64,000 nt of DNA from Styela clava. Taxonomy: Eukaryota. Under the pieces are notes generated by a model. It was not told where the DNA came from, made no database searches, and worked only from the letters and a program-made list of their open reading frames with translations. Numbering within the stretch: the first letter of the stretch is position 1; every line of letters starts with the position of its first letter. The stretch is from positions 6,634,001 through 6,698,000 of the forward strand of contig NC_135251.1 in assembly GCF_964204865.1 (NCBI RefSeq), read 5' to 3'. Position numbers and translations under genes: made by a program. This document shows positions 1 to 12,698 of this stretch, piece after piece.

Positions 1-1569
1 ATATGGTCGAAATTTTCCCTGATCGAATTGACGGATATATTAAGGCAAAAAAATGATCTTGAATTTTGCCAGATTTGCAACAGAGTGAGAGAAGGAAAGC
101 AAACTCAAAATGACATTGACTTCTTTAACAAGAAACTTCACACAGTATGTCAGCAGGAAGATACTATTTGTACACTGCTTTTTAAAGAAAATGCATTTGT
201 CGATCAGTATAATGCCCAAAAATTAGCATCACTTGATAGTGAAGTTGTAGAGTTTTTTTCAGTTGATGTTTCAGCAGATACTATGGAGAAGTGTGACATA
301 CCTTCTTCCTTGCCTCTTTCTAGAACAGCAGGTCTTTCCAGATGTCTTCAACTAAAGGTTGGTTGTCCAGTTATGGTCACATGCAATGTTGATACCAAAT
401 GTGGTCTTACAAACGGAGTACGGGGAGTCGTGCAACATTTAGAAAATACTAACAGTATGGTCGTGTGGGTAAAATTTGATGATCCAGCTGTCGGAAATAC
501 TATTCGAAATAAAACCCGTTTGCAGAGGCCAGACAACTTCTCTGTGCCTATTGTGCATTTGAAATGCAATTTTTTATACAAGAAAAAAACTGTAAGTCGT
601 CGACAAATACCATTACGTTTGTGTTTTGCTTTGACAGTTCATAAAGCGCAGGGGCAGACACTTGATGGGGCAATCATATCGATGGATGGTAAGAGACGCA
701 CAGTTGAAAATGGTCTTTTTTATGTTGCGATAACCAGAATAAGATCAAGCAATCATTTGCACTTAAAGAATTTCAACGAAAGTTACATCAGAATCAGTGC
801 ACAAGTGTCACAAGAAATGAAAAGACTTCGGAGCAAACTATATGATTATTGTGAAACACCATTACGAATAAAGACACACAAAAAAGAAATTTCAATTTCA
901 TACTTGAATATCTCATCTCTTAGAAAACACATTAATGATTTGAAATCTGACTTCAATTTATTAGATTCAACAGTTCTATGCATTGCAGAAACCTGGCTTA
1001 GGCCATCGGATTCTGGTCCAAATTACTACTTGGAAAATTTCAACATCTTAGAAAGACTTGATGGACTTATTCAGACAAATGGAAAAGGATTGCTTCTTTA
1101 TTCAAAAAGTAATATCAGATATTCAATATACAACTCTGGAAATGACGCAATTCAGTGGATCATGGCCAATATAGATGATCTAATTTGCTGTTTCGTATAT
1201 TTCCCACCAGGAACTGCTTTGTATATGATGTCTGATTCGTTCTTATCATGGTTCAATTCTCAAACAGTACCGGATTTAATCATTGGTGATTTCAACAAGT
1301 CAACTGCAGAAATGGAAGTGTTATCATCAAAATACTCCTTGCTGTGTTTGACAGAAAGCAAGACTACTAGAGGTTCAAGGGATATCGATCACATTTTCTG
1401 GAGGAAATCTGATCACATGTCAGTATCTGCACAAGTTTACAATGTGTTCTACTCTGATCATGATGCAGTTTCAGTGCGTGTGGAAAAAAGGGAAAACTCA
1501 ATGCTTCTTTGCAATGTGGAACTACCAACAGGTAAGGATAATATGATCTCTGATACAGAAGTATTTTAA
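1..1569 (+). CDS. Helitron/Helentron Rep-helicase C-terminal part: Pif1-family SF1 helicase fused to an APE/EEP endonuclease (5'-partial)
   Basis: Frame is open from base 1 (IWSKFSLIELTDILRQ). Helicase motifs LTxxxRQ, LKVGCPVMVTCNVDT..GLTNG, QIPLRLCFALTVHKAQGQTL and GLFYVAITR are followed by EEP motifs YLNISSL, IAETWL, IIGDFN, IDHIF and YSDH. A helicase+endonuclease fusion is diagnostic of Helentron-type Helitrons. Confidence 0.88.
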   Translation: MWSKFSLIELTDILRQKNDLEFCQICNRVREGKQTQNDIDFFNKKLHTVCQQEDTICTLLFKENAFVDQYNAQKLASLDSEVVEFFSVDVSADTMEKCDIPSSLPLSRTAGLSRCLQLKVGCPVMVTCNVDTKCGLTNGVRGVVQHLENTNSMVVWVKFDDPAVGNTIRNKTRLQRPDNFSVPIVHLKCNFLYKKKTVSRRQIPLRLCFALTVHKAQGQTLDGAIISMDGKRRTVENGLFYVAITRIRSSNHLHLKNFNESYIRISAQVSQEMKRLRSKLYDYCETPLRIKTHKKEISISYLNISSLRKHINDLKSDFNLLDSTVLCIAETWLRPSDSGPNYYLENFNILERLDGLIQTNGKGLLLYSKSNIRYSIYNSGNDAIQWIMANIDDLICCFVYFPPGTALYMMSDSFLSWFNSQTVPDLIIGDFNKSTAEMEVLSSKYSLLCLTESKTTRGSRDIDHIFWRKSDHMSVSAQVYNVFYSDHDAVSVRVEKRENSMLLCNVELPTGKDNMISDTEVF

Positions 1570-2499
1570 ATGTGTTTTTTTCATATTGTTGAGGAAAATA
1601 AAATGACACTGTTGCAACGAGAAATATACTTTTGTCATCTCACACATAAAACCCAACCTTTATATGTGACAATCTCATCTAATAAATGTAAAGTATTATT
1701 TGGCAGTGAGAAATTTTTTTTTTATTTTTTTTTATCAAAATCAAACTATACCCCAGTTTGTCTTATGTATTGTGTACATTTTTTATGATGCTGTAATCTG
1801 TTCAGTTTTATCAAATATAATTTATTATTATTCACTTCATTTTAAAATCAATACATTGTTATTTGCAGATGTGATAATTTGATAGCTGCTGAGCGTGAAA
1901 CCATTCCTACAATTGTGAGCTGATGTGAAGAACCCCACCACCAAACATTTAAGCTTGAAATTCTCATTAGAGTTAGCTCGTCAAGTGCAATATTTTTCAT
2001 GTTATATGTGTGAGAGCTATTATTGACATATTCTAATAAGTGGGAGTGGAGAATGTACTAGCATTGTCAATGTCTGATACTTTTCATGGTTTGAATACAA
2101 TGTCTTCAGTCTCATATTAAACTTTGAGTTATAACACCAATGGTCCTTACCAATGAACAACTTCATAAAACATGCTGTTTTCGTGAGTCCGGTTTTGAAT
2201 GATTGAGTTCGTTTAAATTTATAGTGTAACATCAAAAACTGGCTGATGTAAGTATCGCTGGATTTATTTCAAAGACACTTATGACAGATGATTTTTCTGT
2301 GGGTAATCTGATCATATGTCAGCATCTGCACAAGTTTATAATGTCCTCTACTATTTTAATGAGTCAATGACGTAGGTATGTGCCAAATCATATCAAGTTT
2401 ATTCACATGTTTACTCTTACTGCATTTGCAGTCAAATTAACTTATTTCATTTTTTTGTACGCTTGCACAGCTGCAATGTTTATGCTCATCTTTTAGCCT

Positions 2500-3774
2500 T
2501 TTTTCATTACAGTTCTGCGGTAAACAACATCAATATGCTAATAAAGAAGCATTACAATCTTTCCAATAGTGTTCAACATGTTATGAATTATGGTGGTCGC
2601 GGTTTCATCAATGCGAAAAATATTTGCCGGTTTAACAGCGTGATGCAATTATTGCAAATAGTTTTCGTGTCCATATATTTGAGCATTGCTCTCTTGTTTC
2701 TCTTTGGATTGTGACAATGTCACTCGCCTCGTCATCGCAGCGTCTTCTTTTTCTTTTGCTTCTTTTGCTGCTGACTGTAGACGATGCAGAATGGTCATGA
2801 CAGGAAGTTTCACTTTCAATATATGAAGTGTATGGAAGCGCACCCCCTAGGAACAAATATTGGTTTTTTGCTATTATCAGAGAAAAAAAAAGGCAGGTTA
2901 AATTTCATTGTGTAATTAGGGCACAATATAAAATTATACATACCAGTGCCTTGGTCTTCATGTTCTGCAAACGCAAATGGTTGCGAAGATGCAATTATTG
3001 GACCTGTAAAATCAAAATAGGTATTGATAAGGGTTATATGTCGTTAGCAGCAATAGTGATTAACTGATTAAAGGTACATGACTTACTTGATGATCCTTCG
3101 TACGTGTCACCTGATTTGACTTGAGAAATTTGCATCGAAAGTGAGGATGTTTCAGCATGACCTAAGAAAATAAATCATATGCTCAATAATCATTGATATG
3201 CTACAATATTTTTTGTATAACGTATTTTTGAAATTTCAACATACAAAGCCAGTTTTCGATTGCTGCAGCACCTGGTATGCCCTCAACTGACTCATTTCCC
3301 ATAAGGGCTATTATCCTGTAGTCCATCTCTGTAGGTGGTTTTGCAGTAATTGTACCTCCTCCAGTTTTTTTTAAATCTTTCCTGTACAAAGAGACCCTCT
3401 TTTTGGCATTCGACTCCATGTCGTACCACTTGTGTTCTATCTGGCTATCGGTTCTAATACTCCCTGTAATATTGACTGAATTCACCTATGAAGAAAATAG
3501 TAAATATATGATAAATGATAATAAATTTGATTAAAAGCTCTGCTATCCTGCAATTGCACTTTCAACGTATCAATAACTGTGATCTACATTAGCAACTTTT
3601 GGCATTTGTACACACCTTGTTCGAAATATCTCTCCATGCTGCTCTTTTGGTTTGTGTAGTAACACTCTGAGAGTAAGCCCCAAAACTTGTTCACGGTGTT
3701 GTGAAACCCCAGAAACTAGTGCCTCAATCTCATCAGGTGAAAAGCACGTTTGCCCTTTTCGTTTTCACTGACAT
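2500..3774 (-). pseudogene. Multi-exon Myb/SANT-like DNA-binding protein (Myb_DNA-bind_5/MSANTD/NAIF1-like, Harbinger accessory type), frameshifted
   Basis: ATG at 3774. GT-AG exons at about 3616-3774, 3245-3485, 3087-3161, 2944-3003 and 2846 downward. Peptide FSPDEIEALVSGV..KRAAWRDISNK|VNSV..RTDSQIEHKWYDMESNAKK..LKKTGGG is the typical signature. Exon 1 needs two frameshifts; the 3' boundary is approximate. Confidence 0.72.
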
Positions 3775-4307
3775 AGTAATTACGGTATGGTACCTTATAT
3801 ACTAGTTACACTCGATAATCTGCAAGATGAAAATAACATTAAAGTTGAAGCGACCGCTCTTACTGCAATATATACCTACTCTGATGGAATCATATACTGT
3901 TTCACTGCAATACTTGAATACAGCTACACGGACTAACTCAAAGCTGCAATTAGGTATGGTACGGTACTAACATCAAAACGGTACTTTGGAAACTCACTCA
4001 TTTTATTGTATTCATTCCATGTATCCGTCAGTCTAGATTACGGCGCTGCTATATGAACAAAACGCAGGCTGCAAAAAAGAAAGTAGCGATACACGCTCGA
4101 CCCGATGGCGGCGATAACTGATACGGCTGAGTGACCAGTCAGTGAATTTTGTTCAACTGCGAACGAGCGTAAGATTTTGAGAGTATACATTAACCGTGCG
4201 TCAAGTGCTAACGAGGTCTTTGGTGAATCGCATTTAACGAGATTTCGCTATCACGATTCTGAGAGACACAGTTACGAGATCGTAAACCCGACTTTTTACG
4301 AAGTTTA

Positions 4308-5032
4308 GTGAATGGCGCCCCAGGAAAAGCCTCCGTTGAAATCAATAAATTTGTGGTGCTGAAAGGTATTGAAACAAACCTTCGCTTTTTTAAACCAAAT
4401 CTTATTCATAGTAATATATTAGGGAAAATCGGGTCCTTTGTAGAAATTAAAGTATTACATACCGGAAACCTGAAAATTGAGTGCGCAAATGAAAAGCAAG
4501 TGAAAATTCTTTTAGAATTTGAACCCTTAGGAAACAGCAAAATATTCCAGTCGAAACAGAGTTATTTCAGTAAAACAATCTGGTTCGTGGGGTAATAAGT
4601 GACATCTGTGATGATTTGAGTAATCAAAAAACTCTTGAATCACTGTCTGGACAACAAGTTGTTTATGTCAGGCGCTTGCAGAAAACAAATAATAGACTGG
4701 CTAAGAGTAGATCCGTACTCTTGCAGTTTGATACCCATATTTTGCTTTCGTTAGTTAAAATAGCCATCTTAACTTTCGAACGATAATTTATAATCCTCCA
4801 CCAACTCGTTGTTTTAATTACCACCGATACGGTCACCTAGAAACATTTTGCAGAAGTGCCTTGCACTGTGCACGAAGTGAAGGACATCATAAATATGAAG
4901 CATGCAACAGTAGCATCAAATGCCCAAATTGCAGAAGAAATCACAATGCAGGGTATAGGGGTTGCCCAAAATATAAACTGGAAACAAAAATTTAGTCGAT
5001 TTTGGCACAACAAAAAATATAATATTCTACAG
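4308..5032 (+). pseudogene. LINE ORF1 (gag-like) with three degenerate zinc knuckles
   Basis: Reads GNLKIEC..Q, then PPPTRCFNYHRYGHLETFC..HCARSEGHHKYEAC..KCPNCRRNHNAGYRGCP (4795-4970). Resumes after the MITE TSD at 9848 (FMAFIAEVIQNTI). Confidence 0.8.
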
Positions 5033-5834
5033 CAGGGTGTGCAACCTTTTTTACAGGCGGGCCAAATACAAGTAACTCGGTGTAGCCGTGGGCCGCACCT
5101 AGAAACTCTATCTACGAAAGCATCTGGATACAAAACATTTGTAGTTTTTATTCGGTATTTCTCTGTTATTTTTTTTATTATTTTTTTTTTTTAAGAATTT
5201 TCTACTTGCAAAGCGGTTTTCGTAATTGGAAAAAATGCATGTAAATGCATTAATCCGTTCTAAGCCCCTACAAAACCGGACATAATATTTGACTAGGCTA
5301 TGCGAGTACCTGGAGGACGGCGGTCAGAGGAGGTGAGAGGAGGCGTTAAAAGTAGAAATCTAACAGAGAACTTATTGTACAAAAATGAGCTCACGCACAT
5401 GATATTAGACCTTACTCGTTTTACTTTACAGTTTTAATTAGTCATTTTTCAATTTCATTTTTTTAGTTTTAACTGTTACGCGTATCATCGTCTTTTCGAC
5501 TGAAAGTGAGTGAGACTTATTGTACGTACCCGCGGGAAACAAACGGTAAGATGGCAGATATTTGATTGGAGTGTGGCAGCTGCCACTTACTTTAATTTTT
5601 ATATTGCTCACGACACCATTCGTTGATTCAGAAAAGCGCAAATACCCGATTCCCAGATTCCCATCTGCCAATGGAACAGAATTAAAGCCGGAAAACTTCT
5701 CTTATTTTGCGAGTCGACACTGATTTAAATATTTCATGTCAGCTGTTAAAATGCTATTTTTTATTATAAATTAATACCGTTAACTTACATTGAACAATAT
5801 TGTCATCAACGACGCCGCGATATATACTAAATAC

Positions 5835-8800
5835 CAGTGGCGTCGCGTGGTCATTTTGACAACCGGGGCAAGCTACTGCGGGACCAAGACACCCCCATCT
5901 ACGGGGACAGGATGAGCGCTGTAAGTTCTCCCATCATTTTATGAGTATAAAAATCATTCCATCGGTAACAACCAATCGGCAAAAGCGACAATTTTTAACG
6001 ATAAAAAAGTGTCTTTAAAACCGGTCCAAGTCAAGGGATTAATAAATATAGACATAGTTTATTTTGAAACCTCTTTCAAAAGGAAAGGCAATATTTACCC
6101 AGATAAATACAATGACATATTAACAGAAACTTCGGGAAAGCAGACAAAACCTAAAATAAGGTTTAAAACGTTACTATGAAGAAAGGAAAGGTATGCAAAG
6201 ATAAGGACATGCGTCGCTCACTCATAGATATATATGCTGCTAGACTTCTACTGCTTGAACATATATGCAACACGCCGCGGTTTCTTGGAAGCAAAATGCT
6301 CAATAACGCGCTGATTAAAGTCATGCATCCCAGAAATAACGTCTCTGTGAATGGATAAAACAGCCAAGGAATTTAATCTATCTTGCTTCATTGTGTTTCT
6401 GAGATACGTTTTAATACGCTTCAGCGTGCTGAATGTTCGCTCTGCGTCGTCGGAAGAAATAGGCGTCGTCAAAATGATGTCCAGAAATTTTGCAGACGCC
6501 GCAAATGTAGTTACTGGAGTGTTATCTATGAGGAACCCATAGAGCGCGCAAGTTGATGTGATGTTCAAAAAAGTTTGATTGGTGTATATACATCGCAATT
6601 CATTTTCCAATTTACCCACGTTTATCATGGGGTAAAATTTGGAGACAGTAGCCAACAAATGGATGGGAAATTGACGTGCAAATTGTGAAAAATTTTTGGG
6701 GTTCATCAAAGAGAACGCGGCAAGGTGTTCAGTGCGCAGACGATCGCCTATTTGATTCACCAGAATGTCACAGCATTCCATTGCAGACAAAATCAAACGC
6801 TGCGTTGTTTGCCCGCGGCGTAAAGAAGCACTCCATGTGTCGTCGTATTTTATTGTTTCCCGGATACGAGATACAACATCGCAGAAGTCTGAAATACACG
6901 ACTGCACAGACGCTCCATCCATTAGCCTTGACTGCAATGCGCCGTATATTACATCCAAGTGATAGAATGTTGTGGAGAAAAAAGCGAGAAAAAATGAAAA
7001 CTCACCATCTTCTAGCAGACGCTTTAGACCTGCGCCTCCCTCACAGAGCGTTCGTTCCAAACCGGAGAGCTCTGAATGCCATTGAAACACTCAATGAGCT
7101 CAGACCTAATTTCGGACACGCCCTGCACCACGCGTGATTGAAAGTTCCAACGTGTTGGTGCACAAGCTGGGAGACGGCGGCTACCTATCTGGCGAAGGAG
7201 GTCAGAGCGCTTCGGCGAAACGGAAACAAAAAATGAAGAAAACCCCGAAACATTTGCAAAAAATATACGGACTAGAGGGGTATCAAGACACATATTTTTA
7301 ATAACGAGGTTAAATTGGTGTGCATAACAATGTAAAAAATGCGCATGAGGAAAATCTTCTTTTATATAAACTTGAACATCATGTTTCGACCCACTCATGA
7401 CTGCCGTGCCGTCATAAGTTTGAGCTATCAATTTTGACTTCGCGTTGTAAGGCTGTAACACTTCTTTCAGTACAGCCGATATCCCGCAAGCCGTGCGTTC
7501 AACGATTGGTACAAAGCTGTGAAATCTCTCGGTAGGTTTACCATCTTTCACAAACCGAAAAATCAAAGCCAGTTGGGAAACGCACGTGATGTCAGTTGTC
7601 TCGTCAGACTGAATCAAAAGGAACTGGCAATTCTCAATTTCCAGAGCCAAATGTTGTAAATAAATTTTATACATTGAGTCGAGCAAATCATTTTGGATAT
7701 CCTTAGATGTCCCTTTCGAAACAGTTGCGGCATCAAGATGATCTCTCATTACTGTATCTAGGAATGCGGTGTATTCCACCATATCCAAAAATACCACTCT
7801 ATTAGAAGAGCCAGCCCGTTCATCGTGCCCACGGAGGGACAGCTCGTGACAACCAATGAACATCAAAACATCCATCAATCGACCGAGAACATGGCGGTTT
7901 TTCTCGACGTTTTGGTTGTGCCGACGAATAGAAACCGCGCGTGCTTCATCCAACTGTGCTGCAATATTAACATTTCCGAATGTTCGGTATTTTACTGCAT
8001 TGTCCAGATGCTCCATAGAAGATTGATGATCCCTGACACGCTCGGAAAGATGTTTAAGATCTCTAAAACCAAATTTTCACCAACGTGAGTCACGGGCGGT
8101 AGCAAAAAGTAGGCAATAAAAACAAAAAAGTGCAATTTTGTCGTCGCTGTAACACAACCATTCGTGTTTTTTATACCACGTTTCTGCGCAGAATGTACGC
8201 CGACGCTTTCCTCCGTCATGGGATTGTTCCAATGAACAATTTTTTGGTTGATAAGGCCCAAGACGTTGTACCTCTAATTTTTGTTCCAGCGGTAGCTGCG
8301 AAAACGGAGTGCAAAGCAGTGCATCAACCTTATTCATTATGAGGTCTAAGGCTAAGAAATGCGAAGCCGGAAAGAAGTGAGGAGCTCAAAAGAAATGTGG
8401 AAAATCGAAAGCAAATGGACTAAAGGTCTCTAACTGATTCAAATAGCAAAACAAGCGACAAAAACGAAGGCGAGGAAACTATCAACTCTTCAACCAACCA
8501 ACGAACGACAAGGAATGCGTGAATATGTCAACACGTTGTTGTAAGAAACGTCGGCATTGTGTCGTCATAATTTCGGGGCTAGCCCCGATCGGCCCCGATG
8601 ATTCAGTAAAAGAAACATGAAACAAACGAGACAAACGCGGCGAGTGGAAGATAAAAGAGAGAATACGATATACAATGAGCAACCGGGGCAAAATCGGCGT
8701 CGCCCCGTCGACGTTCGGCGAAGGCTTTGCGAGCAAAAAATGAGAATATGGCTAGTGTAGACAGTCTGTGCAACCGATATTGAGGTATTTTTCTAATATT

Positions 8801-8860
8801 TTTTATTATACCGAAAAAACAACCGGGGCCCCGGTTGGCCCTATTGACGCGCCGCCACTG
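5835..8860 (-). mobile_element. Full-length hAT DNA transposon (3026 bp)
   Basis: 14-bp TIR CAGTGGCGTCGCGT / ACGCGCCGCCACTG with one mismatch. Perfect 8-bp TSD CTAAATAC (5827-5834, 8861-8868). Repeated subterminal AACCGGGGC words. Confidence 0.95.
6248..8337 (-). pseudogene. hAT transposase (ZMYM1-like: TTF zinc finger, DUF4371, RNase-H-like core, hATC dimerisation), split by about 2 frameshifts
   Basis: Motifs WYKKHEWLCYS..LFCFYCLLF, LRGHDE, SKDIQNDLL, DETTDIT, QTYDG, HCYAHQFNL, PTRW and AERTFSTLKRIKTYLRNTMKQDRLNSLAVLSIH across ORFs 8077-8337, 7024-8016 and 6248-7090. Confidence 0.93.
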
Positions 8861-10129
8861 CTAAATACTATTTAAGATCTATTTTATACACTCTAAATTG
8901 CAAGAAATGGAAATATTTTCCCTTATGTTCGGTCACTAACGAAATGGAAGGACGGAAACAATTAATTACAAACTATCTCGACAAAATTGAAATAAACGAT
9001 AATAATTGTAAAATATTTTAAACCAAAAACATCCTCACTGCAATAATCACTTCAAAACAGCGCTAATTGAAATCCTATCACGCCAACTGCAATTTACTGT
9101 CACGCCGCACACGAACGTCTTCGATTACAATAAAAAATGAAATAATTGTGAAATGTTTTAAATCGAAACGTTTACAGCGGCGCTGGGATATGTGAGCCAT
9201 ATTCGATATTTTTACAAACACGAAAAACGACACGATATTTGAATAAAAAAATCAAATTGAACATCCATGCGTACAAGCACTGCATTGAATTAACCTAAAA
9301 TTAACAAATGTCACTAAACGCGTTACTTGTTTTCAGCCTTTCGTATGTAGAAAATCTTACTTAAGTTGGTTAGTTAGTCTTAGTTGATTAGTAATATTTT
9401 TTGTATCCAGATACTTTTGTTCCTACTGTAGATGCAAGCACAAAAAATTGTTTCTTTTTGTTACTGATATTACAGCATTTTTCGGGGTCGTGGCAGAAAT
9501 GTTCTGGGAAAAAGCAAAAAAATTCTCAAGAAAACTGCTATTTAAATTTATTGTCACGTCTACTTTAAAACGAATTCAGTGTGTAAGAAACACGCTTTTG
9601 TAACATTGTGTCGTTTCCAACGGGATCTTTCCAGCTTTTTGCTAATACGACAGAGGCACCCGGGTACTAGTTTAGGCCTCGCGACTCAAGGAGATTGAAA
9701 TTACTTGCTAGTTTCAGATTAAATAAACTAAAATCTCGTTTACCGGGCACATCTTTTAAAATCGGCACTTCTCCGCGGGCCGCACAATTGTTTTTTGCGG
9801 GCTGCGTTAGGACCGAAGGCCGCAGTTTGCACACCCCTGTTCTAAAGCAAGCAAGTCAAGTCCTTATCATGAGCCTTTATCTCAGCCACACAAAAATTAC
9901 TCATGTATTCATCATGAGGCATATAAATCGATGCCTAGAATACAGCAACAAACAAACTTGCTAATCAACTTTGAACCTTTGCTTTTTATGGCTTTCATCG
10001 CTGAAGTTATTCAAAATACTATTGCCACTCAATCCAAGGGATAGCAAGCAGATATTTTTCAGATAATATCATTGTCTGCAGAACATAAATTGAAGAAGTA
10101 TTTCAAAGAATTCAGTATGTTTTGAATCA

Positions 10130-12698
10130 AATGTATAATGATAGGGAGTTGCATTGAAAAAGTTTGAACTCATTCACACGGCCAACAAATCAATTCCTAA
10201 ATCTAAAGTTAGAATTATGTAATGATCAGTTTCATGGTGGACAGAGGACTTCGCAAAGACCATTCGACTCAGAAAAGCAGCGTATATAAAAATGAAGAGG
10301 ACATTTCACGAAACTTATATTATCTACTTCAAAAGGATGAAAGCCAATGCTTGGAAAATAATATCAGAAGACTCGATTAACTCGCCAACCACGTTTTCAA
10401 AAGGGGTACACGCATTTACAAATTCCCCACTAAATTACAATATTCCTAGGCTTATGGATCAACATGATGCTTCTGTCACAAGTGATTATGTAGAGGCAAA
10501 TCTACTGGGGTCTACATTTCAAACCATAAGCAGTACTGAAAATTATAATAATCAGTTTTTGGATAGAAAACGAAACATCAAATAATAAATTTGGACGTCA
10601 ACTATAAGAACTCGCTGAATGTTGTGTTTACTATGCACGAATTAAAAATGTGCTCCATTCCCGTAAAAGTACAGCGCGTGTCCAGAATCAAATAGGTTAT
10701 CCTAGGATTTTTAATTTACCACAAGGTATACTTTCTACTTTGTTACAGCTTTTTAACCGATCGTGGGTCAAAGGACGCATGCGGAAGGCGTGGCAGCATT
10801 CGATTGTGGTACCGCTACTCAAATTAAGAAAGAAGCACCACTCGTCGTCATCTTGGCCAACAAGTTGAAATAGTTTCTTGACAGGTTTAATTCACTAAAC
10901 CCAATCTGGCTTCAGGTCAAATAGATCAACATTGGACAATATTATCAGGCTGCACGATGACATATACAGGGCTCTTTCAAGTAAGCGACACGTTATTGCA
11001 GTTTTTATTGATATTGAAAAAGCTTACGATATGGTTTGGCGTGAAGGACTGATTTATAAACCTCATAACATTGGCATAAATGATCGAATCTTATCATATA
11101 TAAAGTCATTTTTATCAAACCGATCTTTCCGAGTACTAGTTGGATCTACTTATTCTAACAGTTTTAAATCGAGAAATGGGATTGTTCAAGGTAGTGAAAT
11201 AAATTCATCGTGATTCATCCAATCATGATGAATAATCCCCCAAAAAATCAACAAACTTATATTGGTTATGCAAATGACATTAAATCAAATCAGTTCGTGG
11301 TGTCAAGCGTTGGGATTTAACATCTCAATGACAAATTCGTGTGCTGTATTATTTTCCAGATCACGTAAATCTCCACCATTACATCTCAACATTGGAGTTA
11401 ACGGTAAATCCGAGTATAAATACCTTGGTAGTATATTCGGCAATTCGTTGAAATACAAATCTCATGTAGAACTTTCAACACACAAATGTGATAAAAGATT
11501 AACTCTGTTGAGACTTTTAAACGATTAACTCTGTTGAGACTATTGACAGGCACAACATGGGGAGCTTCCAAAAAAACTTTGCTTAAATTATACAGGGTCT
11601 CAATACTTTCAACAATTGAATACGGAAGCTTATTATTTTGCACCAAAGTATGTAATTGGAAAAATATCGCTCATACAAAATAAATTTCTCCGTATTTGCT
11701 GTGGCGGTTTTCCTAGCACTCCGACCTGCTGCCTAAATGTTTCCTGTAGAAAGATTCCTTTTAAATTTCGTCACCGACAGGCGTGCATGAGATATAAGTG
11801 CAAAATTTTATCGATTACGCAATATCCGAAAACCAACATCATAGAACAAACATGTCACGAGCTTTACCCAAACTCGCCCTTGTTTCAAATCTTCAACATG
11901 CTAATCACATCGGATGTTTTCAAGCAAATTTCATCAGTCACCGCCTTGCGAAATGGAACTTACAAATATTGATGTGTCGCTTGCTAATATTACCTCGTAA
12001 ACAGATCCCTTACCTATAGCATGTGATGAATATATTACCGAGAATTACGGTCAATACTTCTTAATTTACATGAATGGATCAAAGACGGATTCGGGATGTA
12101 GTTCTTCCTTTTGTAACCTAAAAAAGTATTTCAAAACTTTTATATTTGACAAAATGCTAAGTTCGTTCATAACCGAACTTTATGCTGTTTACAGAGCTTT
12201 GCGTCTGGATAGTTTCACATCGACCGTCACAAATTTTGATTTCAACCGTATGTCTGGGTCTTTTACAGGAATGAAGTAAAACTTACTCTGTGAGTCATAT
12301 GTTGTTGTTTAAAATTAAGACTGTTCTATCTTCTCTTAGGAGGCAAAATATTTGCGTAGATTTCGCGTGGATCCCAGGACATGTGGGAATTGCTGGCAAC
12401 AAAAAAGGCAGATAAACTAGCAAAAGAAGCAACAACTCAAGAAAGTAGTTTAACATCAGTTATCAAACTCTCGATAAACGCAGCAAAGTCAATTATCAAT
12501 ACAAAGTGCGAAATGGAATGGAATAACTATTATATCACACTAGAAAAAGATCTACAGTTCAAATTATTTTTCCCGTCTGTTAAAGATCGCGACTACAAAC
12601 AGACCACTGACGGTTGAACTATCATCTTCATAAAATTGGACTCCACCTCAATGGACTTTGCGACCCTTGCCTGGAGAACGAACTGTCGAACATTTAAA
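10130..12698 (+). pseudogene. LINE ORF2 fragments: reverse transcriptase and RNase H (APE domain apparently deleted)
   Basis: Motifs WQHSIVVPLLK, QSGFRSNRSTLDNII, AVFIDIEKAYDMVW, GIVQGS, YKYLG, YMNGSK and WIPGHVGIAGNKKADKLAK, with many stops and frameshifts. Confidence 0.88.

Larger units (their letters stand above)
5105..9671. mobile_element. Possible non-autonomous Helitron/Helentron-like (HINE/DINE-type) element inside the MITE
   Basis: Subterminal inverted repeat AAAGCATCTGGATACAAAA (~5116-5134) vs TTTTGTATCCAGATACTTT (~9399-9417), a T-rich tract near the left end, and CCCGGGTACTAGT at ~9659-9671. Boundaries uncertain. Confidence 0.35.
5033..9839. mobile_element. hAT-type MITE (CAGGG.. 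ends) expanded by nested insertions
   Basis: Ends CAGGGTGTGCAA and TTGCACACCCCTG, with subterminal GCGGGCC words. 8-bp TSD TTCTACAG (5025-5032) / TTCTAAAG (9840-9847). Confidence 0.8.
4029..12698 (+). mobile_element. Degenerate I-group LINE (ORF1 with CCHC knuckles; ORF2 RT-RNase H), interrupted by nested insertions at 5033-9839
   Basis: ORF1 fragments at 4.3-5.03 kb and 9.85-10.1 kb, RT and RNase H fragments at 10.2-12.7 kb. Same family as the copy at 41.7-43.3 kb. The 5' boundary (CAGT at ~4029) is approximate. Confidence 0.8.
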
